A DNA stretch of 32,847 bases from Candidatus Poribacteria bacterium (GTDB lineage: Bacteria > Poribacteria > WGA-4E > PCPOR2b). This document shows positions 19,244 to 27,640 of this stretch, piece by piece. The notes beneath the pieces are model-generated. The model ran no database searches, was not told the origin of the DNA, and saw only the letters and a program-made list of their open reading frames with translations. How positions within the stretch are numbered: position 1 is the stretch's first letter; each line of letters opens with the position of its first letter. The translations under genes were made by a program, and so were the position numbers. The DNA lies in assembly GCA_027296925.1 (NCBI GenBank), contig JAPUIP010000675.1:1-32847 (forward strand), read 5' to 3'.

Positions 19244-21205
19244 TCACTTATCAACGACATATTTCAACATAATCCCGAGATCTCCAACAATCAAGCCGTT
19301 CCCGGCGTCTGTCATATAAATCGAATTCAGATTGTAGTGGGTTCCGCTCCTTTGCGGACGCCAGTTCTCTCCACCATCGACAGTGCGAAGCACCGTGCCT
19401 CCGCTACCCACAACCCACCCTTCGTTCGAGTTGAGGAAGAACACGTCATTCAGGGAACTGTCTACATAACTTTTTTGAAGTATCCATGTTTTCCCTCCAT
19501 CAGTGGTCTGGGCGATAAGACCTGCAATCCCAACGAGCCAGCCGTTGTCGCGGTCTGTAAAGTATACATCTAACAGCCATATCTCGCCCAGATGCGCTTG
19601 CGTTTCCCACGTATTTCCACCATCCTTTGTATGCAGGACGATTCCGCCGTCGCCGGCGATCCAGCCGGTTTGGGCATCGATAAAGTGGAGCCCGAAAAGG
19701 TCCCTATTCACGCCGCTCTGTTGGCGTTTCCACGTTTTGCCACCATCGGTGGTGTGCAGAATCTCCCCGCTGTTGCCGATGACCCACCCCCGCTGTTCAT
19801 CGATAAAGAAGATACCGAGTAGGTCCTTCTTCGTATCTGATCTTTGCTGTGACCATGTTCTGCCGCCGTTAATGGTATGAACAATTGTTCCCCATTCCGC
19901 AACCGCCCAGCCGACCCTGTCGTTGATGAAATATGTTGAACCGAAACACTCCATCGTTCCGCTGTCCTGCGACTGCCAGTGTCGTCCGCCATCGCTCGTA
20001 TTGAGAATCGCCCCGCGATCGCCAACCGCATATCCAACCTGATCGTTAATAAAATGGAGGTCCGAAAGTAAATAGCTCGGCGTCGATTGGAGCGCCCATC
20101 TCCGCCCGCCGTCTGTTGTATGCCAGATTGCCCCAAACTCACCGACCGCCCAGCCCTGCCGATCATCGACAAAGTGAACCCCGAGTAGGACGGGATCACC
20201 GCCAGGGAGTCGCGTCGGCCCCCCACGTTGATGCTGCCACGTCTTCCCACCATCTCGGGTGTGCAAGATGGCGCCCATGTCGCCAACGATCCAGCCGGTT
20301 CTGACATCGGTGAAATGGAGATCGGACAGGAGGAAGGTGTGCAACGGTTCATCTCCGGTCTTGACCTGTTGCCCATAGATCCGTTCGTGTCGCCTGTTTG
20401 AGCCCTGAGTCACATATTTCCAGGTTTTTCCGCCGTTGCTTGTCGTAAGGATGGTGCGTCTATTGCCCACGATCCATCCATGTTTCTCATCCACAAGATA
20501 GACATCGGACAACTCGTAGCGGATGTTCGTCTTCTGACGTTCCCAAGTCTCCCCGCTGTCGCTCGTGTGATAAGCGTTGCCCTCATAGCTGACCGCCCAA
20601 CCTTTCTGGGAATTGAGGAAATAGACGCCTCGCAGTGAATTCTTGCCGAGCCCTTCGGCGCGATTGACCCACGTTTTCCCACCATCGTGCGTGTGCAACG
20701 CGGTGCCGTAATCGCCAACCACCCATCCCTCTTGCGCGGATACAAAGTGGAGATCGAACAGGTCATCGGGCGTATCAGTGATTTGTCGTTCCCATGTCTC
20801 CCCGCCGTTTTCCGTGTGCAAAATCACGCCATTGTCGCCGGCAATCCAGCCCATCTGCCGGTCAACAAACTGAACGCCCCGCAGCGGGTAATGCGTGCCA
20901 CTCTTTTGGGGATGCCATGTTGCGCCGCCATCGGTTGTGTGGGCAATCACGCTGTCGAACTCCTCTCCTAATGAACTTCCCTCATTATTTCCGACCGCCC
21001 AGCCTGTTTTCTCATCGATGAAGAATACATCATAAAACCGCGTTTCCCAGTCCGCACGCCGAACAACTTCCCAATGGCCGAACTTCGGCTTCTGCTCTGT
21101 TGTGCATCCAACCACTACACCAATGAGCAGAAACATGAGGTGGATTGCGCACTGCAGATTGCGGAAAAAACTCGTCGATTCGTTGATCTGCTGCTTCATT
21201 TTCAC
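19244..21205 (-). CDS. YCF48-related BNR/Asp-box repeat lipoprotein (14 blades, probably two 7-bladed beta-propellers)
   Basis: Lipobox-like LLIGVVVGC; 13 full GWxVGxxGxILxTxDGGxTW repeats plus a terminal partial one. Exact start is uncertain. Confidence 0.88.
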   Translation of the reverse strand: MKMKQQINESTSFFRNLQCAIHLMFLLIGVVVGCTTEQKPKFGHWEVVRRADWETRFYDVFFIDEKTGWAVGNNEGSSLGEEFDSVIAHTTDGGATWHPQKSGTHYPLRGVQFVDRQMGWIAGDNGVILHTENGGETWERQITDTPDDLFDLHFVSAQEGWVVGDYGTALHTHDGGKTWVNRAEGLGKNSLRGVYFLNSQKGWAVSYEGNAYHTSDSGETWERQKTNIRYELSDVYLVDEKHGWIVGNRRTILTTSNGGKTWKYVTQGSNRRHERIYGQQVKTGDEPLHTFLLSDLHFTDVRTGWIVGDMGAILHTRDGGKTWQHQRGGPTRLPGGDPVLLGVHFVDDRQGWAVGEFGAIWHTTDGGRRWALQSTPSYLLSDLHFINDQVGYAVGDRGAILNTSDGGRHWQSQDSGTMECFGSTYFINDRVGWAVAEWGTIVHTINGGRTWSQQRSDTKKDLLGIFFIDEQRGWVIGNSGEILHTTDGGKTWKRQQSGVNRDLFGLHFIDAQTGWIAGDGGIVLHTKDGGNTWETQAHLGEIWLLDVYFTDRDNGWLVGIAGLIAQTTDGGKTWILQKSYVDSSLNDVFFLNSNEGWVVGSGGTVLRTVDGGENWRPQRSGTHYNLNSIYMTDAGNGLIVGDLGIMLKYVVDK

Positions 21206-21382
21206 CTGAACACATCCTTTGCAAAGTATTCTACGCTTTTACACTCCTGCGACGCCATACACGTATCATAGGTTTACTGGTGGCGAGTGGTTTTCGATCT
21301 CATGAAATGGCATCTATTCCGCTGCTGTCGCCTACGATGTTTGCCGGGAGTGCCTTGAAACTCACTACGGATTTTTTTGAGG

Positions 21383-21411
21383 TTGAAATCGGAGATTTCA
21401 TCTGTTACACT
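21383..21411 (+). promoter_or_regulatory. Sigma70-type promoter for the tonB unit, overlapped by palindrome TGAAATC-N3-GATTTCA
   Basis: TTGAAA(21383)-17 bp-TACACT(21406) with extended TG; perfect 7-bp inverted repeat at 21384-21400. Confidence 0.55.
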
Positions 21412-21456
21412 GAATGAAGGATTTATCATTGACTCTCCGGTGCCGTTGTTCCATGA

Positions 21457-22461
21457 ATGATGAGATTTTCAGACAGATACCTATCTACATATTTGCAGGA
21501 AAGAAGGCAGAGGCGCAGACAAAAGCTTAAACGCCAAAGGCAGATGGCGGTTGGTATCTCCACCGACACTGTACTTTTGAAATCCGTTCGGCTAAATGCC
21601 GAACAGCAAGGCGCGATTTCTGCGGTTCAGGCGAGATCTCACCCGGAACAGGGATTCCAGATCGTTACGCCAAAACGCCTTTCACTGTTGATTTCCCTTG
21701 GACTCCATTTGATCATGGGGTTAATTGCAACGCTATATATCGTTCAACTCACAAGCGTTGATGATGATGCGGTGATTGTCAATCTCCTCGATTCGAAAAA
21801 GCTTCGAGATCCGAAACGCCGGATTTCATCCCGAAAGGTCAAGCGGGTTAAGCGACCGCAATCCTCGCAGGTGCAACCGCCGCGATTGCAAAAACCGATC
21901 ACAACCGCCGTTAAAATTCCAACTGGAGATGCCAGGTATACGCTTCCCGCAAGTGACACCTCTGTTCCTATTCTTTCTACTCTTTCTGAGGATGGGGCGG
22001 GGATTGACGCAGCAAGGCTTGAAAGAAGGTTGCTTACAGGCGGACGTCGCGCCGAGATTCCTTCTGCCATTCCTAAGATCCAGCCATACCGATCTACATC
22101 AATCATTGACAAAATTGAGTCGGCGCCTTTGCCTCAGGAAGATTTCAAGCCAGAGCCGATTGAGCCTTTAACTGTGGAACTGAGCGATGTGACGCAGCCG
22201 CCTCGTTTCCTCCATAAGGTTGCACCCAAATACCCCGATCTCGCCCGTCGTGCCCAGAAAGAGGGCGTTGTATGGCTCGAAGCCTCAATTGGTGTTGATG
22301 GTCTCGTCAAAGATACGAAAGTGATTCAGGGAGTCGGATTCGGCTGTGATGAGGCCGCAATTCGAGCGTTGAAGGCTTCACGTTTTTCCCCAGCCAAGCA
22401 GGGAGAGCAGGCGGTGATTGTGCGGATACAGATTCCGTATCGTTTCAAATTGGAGGATTAG
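21457..22461 (+). CDS. tonB: Energy transducer TonB family protein
   Basis: TM anchor with SLGLH, Pro/Lys/Arg-rich linker, TonB_C domain PKYPDLARRAQKEGVV...GFGCDEAAIRA...FSPAKQ...IPYRFKL. Confidence 0.88.
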   Translation: MMRFSDRYLSTYLQERRQRRRQKLKRQRQMAVGISTDTVLLKSVRLNAEQQGAISAVQARSHPEQGFQIVTPKRLSLLISLGLHLIMGLIATLYIVQLTSVDDDAVIVNLLDSKKLRDPKRRISSRKVKRVKRPQSSQVQPPRLQKPITTAVKIPTGDARYTLPASDTSVPILSTLSEDGAGIDAARLERRLLTGGRRAEIPSAIPKIQPYRSTSIIDKIESAPLPQEDFKPEPIEPLTVELSDVTQPPRFLHKVAPKYPDLARRAQKEGVVWLEASIGVDGLVKDTKVIQGVGFGCDEAAIRALKASRFSPAKQGEQAVIVRIQIPYRFKLED

Positions 22462-22495
22462 GGGCAGACTTGCATTTGCCGATAAGGAGGAAGGG

Positions 22496-23950
22496 ATGCC
22501 AAACGCAATACAAGATCAACCCCAACGGGTAATTCAAAATCGATTATCTGCGATCCAGCGTCGCATGCAAATCAATTGCTTTTTCCAGAATTTGGCGCGT
22601 TACAGTTTCTGGGGGCTCTGCATCGGTGCGATAGTCCTCATCGCTAACCGATTTTTTCCCTTCCCGATGCCGATCGGTTTTGCATTTTCCCTGCCGCTTG
22701 TGATTGCAATTGCTATAGCGGCGAGCTTGAGCTTGTTTCGAAAAACTGACCTCCTTGCCATCGCACGTCTCGTGGACCAGCGCTTGCATCTGAAGGAACG
22801 CTTGAGCACCGCTCTTGAAGCAATTTACCGAGAATTATCGAGCGATTTCGCCATTTTGCAGATTCGCGATGCCGCAAAAGTCGCCGAAAAAATCACCCCG
22901 TCCACTGCCATCTCTTACACTCGGCCATCGATGCTAAAATGGCTTCCCATCCCCGTTTTGCTGGTTGGGCTTTCGTTTTTTGCCCCGCGTATGTATGAGG
23001 TTCCCCCGCCGCCAACAGCGGCTGAACGCGCAGCCATTAATGATGCCGCAGCAAGGCTTGAAGGAGACCTCCGCAATATCGACGATGCTAAACTTACTGA
23101 GCAGATTCAGGATACCGTTAAAGCGCTACGAGACAAACGTATTGATGTGCAAGCGGCACAGAGTCGGCTTCGTGATCTACGCGACGAAATTCGTGCGAAA
23201 GAAAGCCAGATCGCCGGTGACGACGTGGATCGAGCCGTCGAAGCCATTTCTAAAATGGGTGAAACCTCCAAATTTCTCATTGGCACGGATGCCGGGGAGA
23301 TCGCCTCGGAGCTCGAGAAAATCGCTGATCAGATGGATGGACTCACCGCAGCACAGCAGGCAGAATTGGATGCTTTGCTCCGTAAGCTTGCCGAACAGCT
23401 TGCCGGCAATCCGGCGGCTAAGAGCCTTACAAACCAACTGAAGGGAATCGAGACGCAAGCACTGAGTCCTGAAATGCTGAAGAAAATCGTGGATTCACTC
23501 CGAACCGTCAATCAGCAAAAGAAAGAGATTGCCCAGTTGGAACAGATTTTGGAGGAAATTCAAGCGAGTCGAAAGAACATCGGCTTAGCTGGGCTCGAAA
23601 TGCCCCGTAAGACGGGAGGGGTGGCAAGTCGTGACGGCGGGCCAGGTGAAGAATCTGAGACGGGAGAAGCACAAGGAACGCAGGTTGGAGATGAAACTTC
23701 TGAGAATTTTGACACGCAAACCGAAGATCTGCGGTTGACGGGCGTGGCATCTGATTCGTCAGAGTTTTCCTCAGTCGCTACACAAGATAACCCAAGTGGT
23801 GAAAACGAACCCACTTATCTGCAATATCGAGAAGTTTACCTCAGCGCAAAACAGGCTTATACGGAAGCCATCGAAAGGGATCAGATTCCCGTGCGGTATC
23901 AGCAGCAGGTGAAGGCGTATTTGGAGGCAATCGCCAACCCTACACCATGA
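22496..23950 (+). CDS. Hypothetical membrane-anchored coiled-coil protein (DUF4175-like)
   Basis: ATG 22496 after AAGGAGG; three N-terminal TM segments, ERLSTALE, long coiled coil, acidic linker, C-terminal IPVRYQQQVKAYL. Confidence 0.75.
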   Translation: MPNAIQDQPQRVIQNRLSAIQRRMQINCFFQNLARYSFWGLCIGAIVLIANRFFPFPMPIGFAFSLPLVIAIAIAASLSLFRKTDLLAIARLVDQRLHLKERLSTALEAIYRELSSDFAILQIRDAAKVAEKITPSTAISYTRPSMLKWLPIPVLLVGLSFFAPRMYEVPPPPTAAERAAINDAAARLEGDLRNIDDAKLTEQIQDTVKALRDKRIDVQAAQSRLRDLRDEIRAKESQIAGDDVDRAVEAISKMGETSKFLIGTDAGEIASELEKIADQMDGLTAAQQAELDALLRKLAEQLAGNPAAKSLTNQLKGIETQALSPEMLKKIVDSLRTVNQQKKEIAQLEQILEEIQASRKNIGLAGLEMPRKTGGVASRDGGPGEESETGEAQGTQVGDETSENFDTQTEDLRLTGVASDSSEFSSVATQDNPSGENEPTYLQYREVYLSAKQAYTEAIERDQIPVRYQQQVKAYLEAIANPTP

Positions 23951-23991
23951 AATTCAGTCGGACGGATTTCTGAAGCTGAAAGGGTTGAATG

Positions 23992-24032
23992 CAAAAAGCC
24001 GGGAACGCAAAAGGTGCGTTCCCGGCTTTTTG
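23992..24032. terminator. Strong bidirectional intrinsic terminator
   Basis: Perfect 18-bp inverted repeat caaaaagccgggaacgca-aaagg-tgcgttcccggctttttg between convergent operons. Confidence 0.9.
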
Positions 24033-24069
24033 ACTAAATCGGACGACAGTAGCGTCAGCATCGCCAAAG

Positions 24070-24243
24070 TCATGCTCGGAGCTTTCGATAAAGATAGATG
24101 ACTGCAAACCCAATCGCACCGAGCAAGAGAAGTGTCATGGCAAGCTGAAATGCCCAGGCGAAAACTGGAACGACAATCTTCAGCGCGAGCAACACCAGCC
24201 CGAGTATCAGTGCTAAGATGACCAGACTTCGAAGTAGTCTCAA
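24070..24243 (-). CDS. Small two-TM membrane protein (57 aa) missing from the ORF track; PspG-like topology
   Basis: TTG start 9 nt after AGGAG; MRLLRSLVILALILGLVLLALKIVVPVFAWAFQLAMTLLLLGAIGFAVIYLYRKLRA*; sits between pspA and the terminator. Confidence 0.8.
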   Translation of the reverse strand: MRLLRSLVILALILGLVLLALKIVVPVFAWAFQLAMTLLLLGAIGFAVIYLYRKLRA

Positions 24244-24286
24244 TTAGGTTGACTCCTATGAATTCAGTATTCACAAATTCTCAGCC

Positions 24287-24946
24287 CTAATCTTTTAATC
24301 GGGCTTTGAGCTTGGCGAGTTCTTCCTCGAGTTCGTCGTTGCGATTCAGTTCGTCGAACTCCTGATCCAAACCGAGTTGACGCATTTCGCTCAGCGCTGC
24401 GGCATTCGCCTCGGCATCAAGGACACGGTCTTCAATACGATTAAAAGCACTTACTGCGCTAGAATCAGAAATTCCTGACACTGTTTGATGAATTGCTCGT
24501 TCCGCCTCTGCCCTCTTTTGACGAGCAATGAGCAAGGCACGCTTGTTTCTGGCTTCTTCGATCTTTGCCTCTAAAGTTGACAGCCCATCTTTGAGTACAG
24601 AGACACTCTCTTTCTGAGCCTCGAACTGTTCGCGGAATCTTTCCGCCAGATCAGCAAAGGACCGCTTCCGGCGAAGAGCTTCCTTTGCGCGCACATCGTC
24701 GCCATTCTGGATAAACACGATGGCACGCTTTTCCCACTTCTCAGCACTTTCCAAGTTTTCCCGGGACTGCGCTTCAAATTTATTCTGGTCTCGAATCGCC
24801 GCAGCAACCTGAATTTTTGCCTCCTTGAGTTCGTGCTGCATGTCCTCCAAGAGTTGATTCAGGATTCTCTCCGGATCCTCAACCCGATCGAGCAAGTCGT
24901 TGATATTCGATTTGAGGATTCGTCTGATTTTCTCAAAGATCGGCAT
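24287..24946 (-). CDS. pspA: PspA/IM30 family protein (bacterial ESCRT-III-like)
   Basis: MPIFEKIRRILKSNINDLLDRVEDPE amphipathic N-terminus, WEKRA...GDDVRAKEAL, AFNRIEDRV, C-terminal LEEELAKLK. Confidence 0.93.
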   Translation of the reverse strand: MPIFEKIRRILKSNINDLLDRVEDPERILNQLLEDMQHELKEAKIQVAAAIRDQNKFEAQSRENLESAEKWEKRAIVFIQNGDDVRAKEALRRKRSFADLAERFREQFEAQKESVSVLKDGLSTLEAKIEEARNKRALLIARQKRAEAERAIHQTVSGISDSSAVSAFNRIEDRVLDAEANAAALSEMRQLGLDQEFDELNRNDELEEELAKLKARLKD

Positions 24947-24977
24947 TGGTGATCACTCCCTTATAATTTCCAGCGGT

Positions 24978-25538
24978 TTATACAGTATACCTTCCGAGGG
25001 TCTCCTCATCGAGATCCTCTAACCCGCCTTTAGAGGGCTGTTTTTCTGCATTCTTTAGCTCGGTTTCAGGAAACCCAGTTTCTTGAATTATCTGCTCTGC
25101 GACATAAATCGGTGCCTCAAATCTCAATGCAAGGGCAATTGCGTCGCTGGAGCGGGCATCAATCTCTAGCGTTTTGCCATTCGCTTGTAAATTGATTTGT
25201 CCAAGATAGGTTGAATCGGTCAGGGAATGCACAAAGACTGTCTCAACTGTGGCACCAAGATTTTCGATGATATTTTTCATCAGATCATGCGTCATTGGAC
25301 GCGGTGGCGGCGGTTCGCCCTTGAGTTTCCACTGAATCGCGGTAGCCTCTCCAGGTCCAATCCATATTGGTACAATATATTTCGGATCACCAGCTTTCTC
25401 TTTCAAAAAGAGAATCGGTGTGCCAGTACTGGCATCAACAGAGATAAACGCCACGTCAACCTCGATCATGTTCTGTTCTCTGGTCTGATGGCGGTCATCG
25501 GCTTCAGCGGCCTTTTTGATCTTCTTTGGATCTTTCAT
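24978..25538 (-). CDS. Bifunctional nuclease family protein (DUF151/DNase-RNase)
   Basis: PILFLKE...VPIWIGPGEATAI...PRPMTHDLM...IDARSSDAIALALR; start set at ATG 25538 after AAGGAG. Confidence 0.92.
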   Translation of the reverse strand: MKDPKKIKKAAEADDRHQTREQNMIEVDVAFISVDASTGTPILFLKEKAGDPKYIVPIWIGPGEATAIQWKLKGEPPPPRPMTHDLMKNIIENLGATVETVFVHSLTDSTYLGQINLQANGKTLEIDARSSDAIALALRFEAPIYVAEQIIQETGFPETELKNAEKQPSKGGLEDLDEETLGRYTV

Positions 25539-25607
25539 CTGAGGACTCCTTATTGACTCACTTGGGATTTGAGTGTCAATTGGGTTCGCCGATGACACGA
25601 TGAATGC

Positions 25608-25624
25608 TACAAGAATGTTGCCAA
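25608..25624 (-). promoter_or_regulatory. Sigma54-like promoter (TTGTA -12 variant) for nuclease-pspA-small TM gene
   Basis: TTGGCAACATTCTTGTA, 70 bp upstream of ATG 25538; the same pattern recurs at 26241 and 28411. Confidence 0.6.
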
Positions 25625-25721
25625 TCATCTTGCTATCGACAAACCCAAATTGCTTCGGAAGTTTCCGTTAATAAATAACAAGCACCGACGTGCCACGGCT
25701 CCTGGACTTTACTAGGCCCAT

Positions 25722-26194
25722 CTATGATGCCTCGGTGCCAGTGGTTTCCGGGGACTTCGTTTCGGCAGTCAGATCTAAGCCATGAACGAGGTCACTCACA
25801 GTCTTGACGAGTTTCTGCGGCTCGACATCCGCAAAATTCAGAATCTCTTTCAACACTGGTACGGCTGCACCGGCACCCAGGATCGAGCGAAGGATCTTGC
25901 CGACTCCGCCGCCTGACGCGCCATTCCCCCCACCATTTCCACCGAGGTCAAGGACCCGTATACTTTCGATGCGTTCCGCAGGCTTCATCAATTGACCTGT
26001 GACTTCGGGGAGTGCCTGAATGAGTGACAATATCGCTTCATTGGTCAGGACTTTCTGATCGGCTGAGTTCTTCGCTTCGATCAGCGCCTCTTCACCCTCG
26101 GCCTTCGCTAGGCTTTATAAGTCACAATCAGGATGACCACCATCGCAGCAATTGCGCCGATGATCATTCCGAAAAGGTTTGTACTGGCACCCAT
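25722..26194 (-). pseudogene. Flotillin/YqiK-like SPFH gene with a large internal deletion and frameshift
   Basis: SD AAGGAGA and ATG 26194 encode only a TM anchor (MGASTNLFGMIIGAIAAMVVILIVTYKA*, stop 26108-26110). Another frame then gives a flotillin-like C-terminus LAKAEGEEALIEAKN...LIQALPEVTGQLMKPAERIESIRVLD. Directly downstream of a yqiJ-like gene. Confidence 0.78.
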
Positions 26195-26240
26195 TTCACA
26201 TCTCCTTCGTAAAAAGGATACGCGGATTAATAACCAATGG

Positions 26241-26257
26241 TACAATAGACTTGCCAA
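26241..26257 (-). promoter_or_regulatory. Sigma54-like promoter (TTGTA -12 variant) upstream of the flotillin gene
   Basis: TTGGCAAGTCTATTGTA, 47 bp upstream of ATG 26194. Confidence 0.6.
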
Positions 26258-26329
26258 CACAGGGTTTAATGGATTGGCATCCCTCCTTATTTCGGCCAGT
26301 TCTGGACAAAACGTGACTGACAGTCAGCC

Positions 26330-27031
26330 TCATGCATCGAAGGAACTATCCGCTTTTGTCACATCAAAGATTCGTGTCGTCGGATCGTAATCGATAAGGA
26401 TCACCGTGTCCCCTTTTAAGGGAATCTCCTCGCCCTCACGGATACGGCAACTGACGGTCAACTCGGGTCCATCGGGAACCTGGACACGCGCTGTCCCAAA
26501 GGTTGTTGTGACCCTGCCGCTAATTACCCGACCCGTTAGCCCGATCAGATCATAATTGGTGGTGGCACGTTCACTTTCGGGAAATAGCTTTGAAATTCCC
26601 AGGGCAAGGTAACGTGTTCCAAAAATACTACATAGAAACGCGGCAGCGAAAGGGATCCAGAGTACGGCTCGCGGGGAGTTAGGATCGATATTCAAAAAGT
26701 CATTAACAATCAAGCCCGAAATTCCCCAGATTGAAAAGAGAGCCATCAGGATAATCGTAAATGGAACTTTGCCAACGTTCAAAATTCCTAACACGCTGGA
26801 AACAAAGCCACCTCCCCCGGAACTGCTCTCCGCATCAACCTCAGCATCCGCGTCCACATCAACGTCAGCATCAACGTCCATATCGACATCAGTGTCCACA
26901 TCGACATCCCCACTCCCAAAATCTAAGCCGCCCATAACGAGTTGAAGAATGGCAAAGAGAAAAACGAAGGCAATCGGCGCTGTAAACCAAACATTGTACC
27001 AGGCAAAGATGTAATCAAAAAAACCGCCCAT
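26330..27031 (-). CDS. YqiJ/NfeD-like membrane protein with C-terminal OB fold (DUF1449-like)
   Basis: N-terminal TM, DVDVD acidic linker, LNVGKVPFTIIL TM pair, DLIGLTGRV...KGDTVILIDYD OB fold; SD GGAGGG; upstream of the flotillin remnant. Confidence 0.85.
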   Translation of the reverse strand: MGGFFDYIFAWYNVWFTAPIAFVFLFAILQLVMGGLDFGSGDVDVDTDVDMDVDADVDVDADAEVDAESSSGGGGFVSSVLGILNVGKVPFTIILMALFSIWGISGLIVNDFLNIDPNSPRAVLWIPFAAAFLCSIFGTRYLALGISKLFPESERATTNYDLIGLTGRVISGRVTTTFGTARVQVPDGPELTVSCRIREGEEIPLKGDTVILIDYDPTTRIFDVTKADSSFDA

Positions 27032-27048
27032 ATCGACTTCCCTCCAGC

Positions 27049-27264
27049 CTAGTCAAGCCGTTGCACTTTGTACAGATGGGTTTGGGGTTCATAATCCCAA
27101 AGGACCACCCTTTCCCCCTGCTTTACACTTCCGCCCTCCACGTCAACACTGCAATATATCGTCCTGCGGAAAGGGCGGCCTTCAATCTGTGCGATGCCAA
27201 AATCGGTGTTGACTTCACGACTTGTGATCTTTGCAACGGCGCCGACGAGATCTGAACGGCGCAA
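27049..27264 (-). pseudogene. C-terminal OB-fold fragment of a second NfeD/YqiJ-like gene
   Basis: SDLVGAVAKITS..VNTDFGIAQI...KQGERVVLWDYEP aligns by eye with the C-terminus of 26330..27031; no SD or TM region; overlaps the PH gene out of frame. Confidence 0.68.
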
Positions 27265-27634
27265 TTTGCGAAAAAATCAACTCAAGCGCGCGTTGAGCTT
27301 CGCGGCGGTTGATATTGTTGATTAGATACTTATCGCCATTGACTTGAATCTCAAGGTAAGCTTGCCCAAATACACGGTGTTTGAAACTTCGGTCAAGTTT
27401 GGCGGACTTGATCTGAGAAAATGGGAGATTACACCGAATGTTGATGTAGGAAGCACTGAGGCTACCCATCTGGCGCTCATCCAACACCAACACCCGGTCG
27501 GAAGTGATAATGATGAAGTCGGGACTCAGGAGTTCGGATCTCCCAAGCATGCACAATTGAACTTGCTCATTCGCAGTCAGTTGGGCTTGAACTGTTTCTT
27601 GAACTCAAGATGGCAGGCGATGAAACTCAGCCAC
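27215..27634 (-). pseudogene. Bacterial PH-domain protein gene with an in-frame TGA at codon 10 and an aberrant 3' end
   Basis: GTG 27634, 6 nt after the upstream pspA-paralogue stop, reads VAEFHRLPS*VQETVQAQLTANEQVQLCMLGR...IIITSDRVLVLD (bPH-like). TGA at 27605-27607; the tail APFRSRRRRCKDHKS is out-of-frame NfeD sequence. Confidence 0.62.
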
Positions 27635-27640
27635 CTTACA

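Noticed and set aside
21308-21323. Sigma54 site TGGCATCTATTCCGCT upstream of tonB
   Set aside because: Spacing is right but the -12 box is CCGC, and a better sigma70 promoter lies closer to the gene.
23954-24274. 106-aa minus-strand ORF after pspA
   Set aside because: It runs through the terminator; the 57-aa TM ORF in another frame has the SD and a sensible composition.
25680-25695. TGGCACGTCGGTGCT as a sigma54 promoter
   Set aside because: GG to GC spacing is 9, not the required 10.
26266-26290. AAGGAGGG-ATG mini-ORF MPIH*
   Set aside because: The SD abuts the ATG and the ORF is four codons; it could be another gene remnant but cannot be supported.
27605-27607. In-frame TGA as selenocysteine or a recoded stop
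   Set aside because: Other genes here end normally at TGA, there is no redox motif or evident SECIS, and neighbouring genes are also broken.
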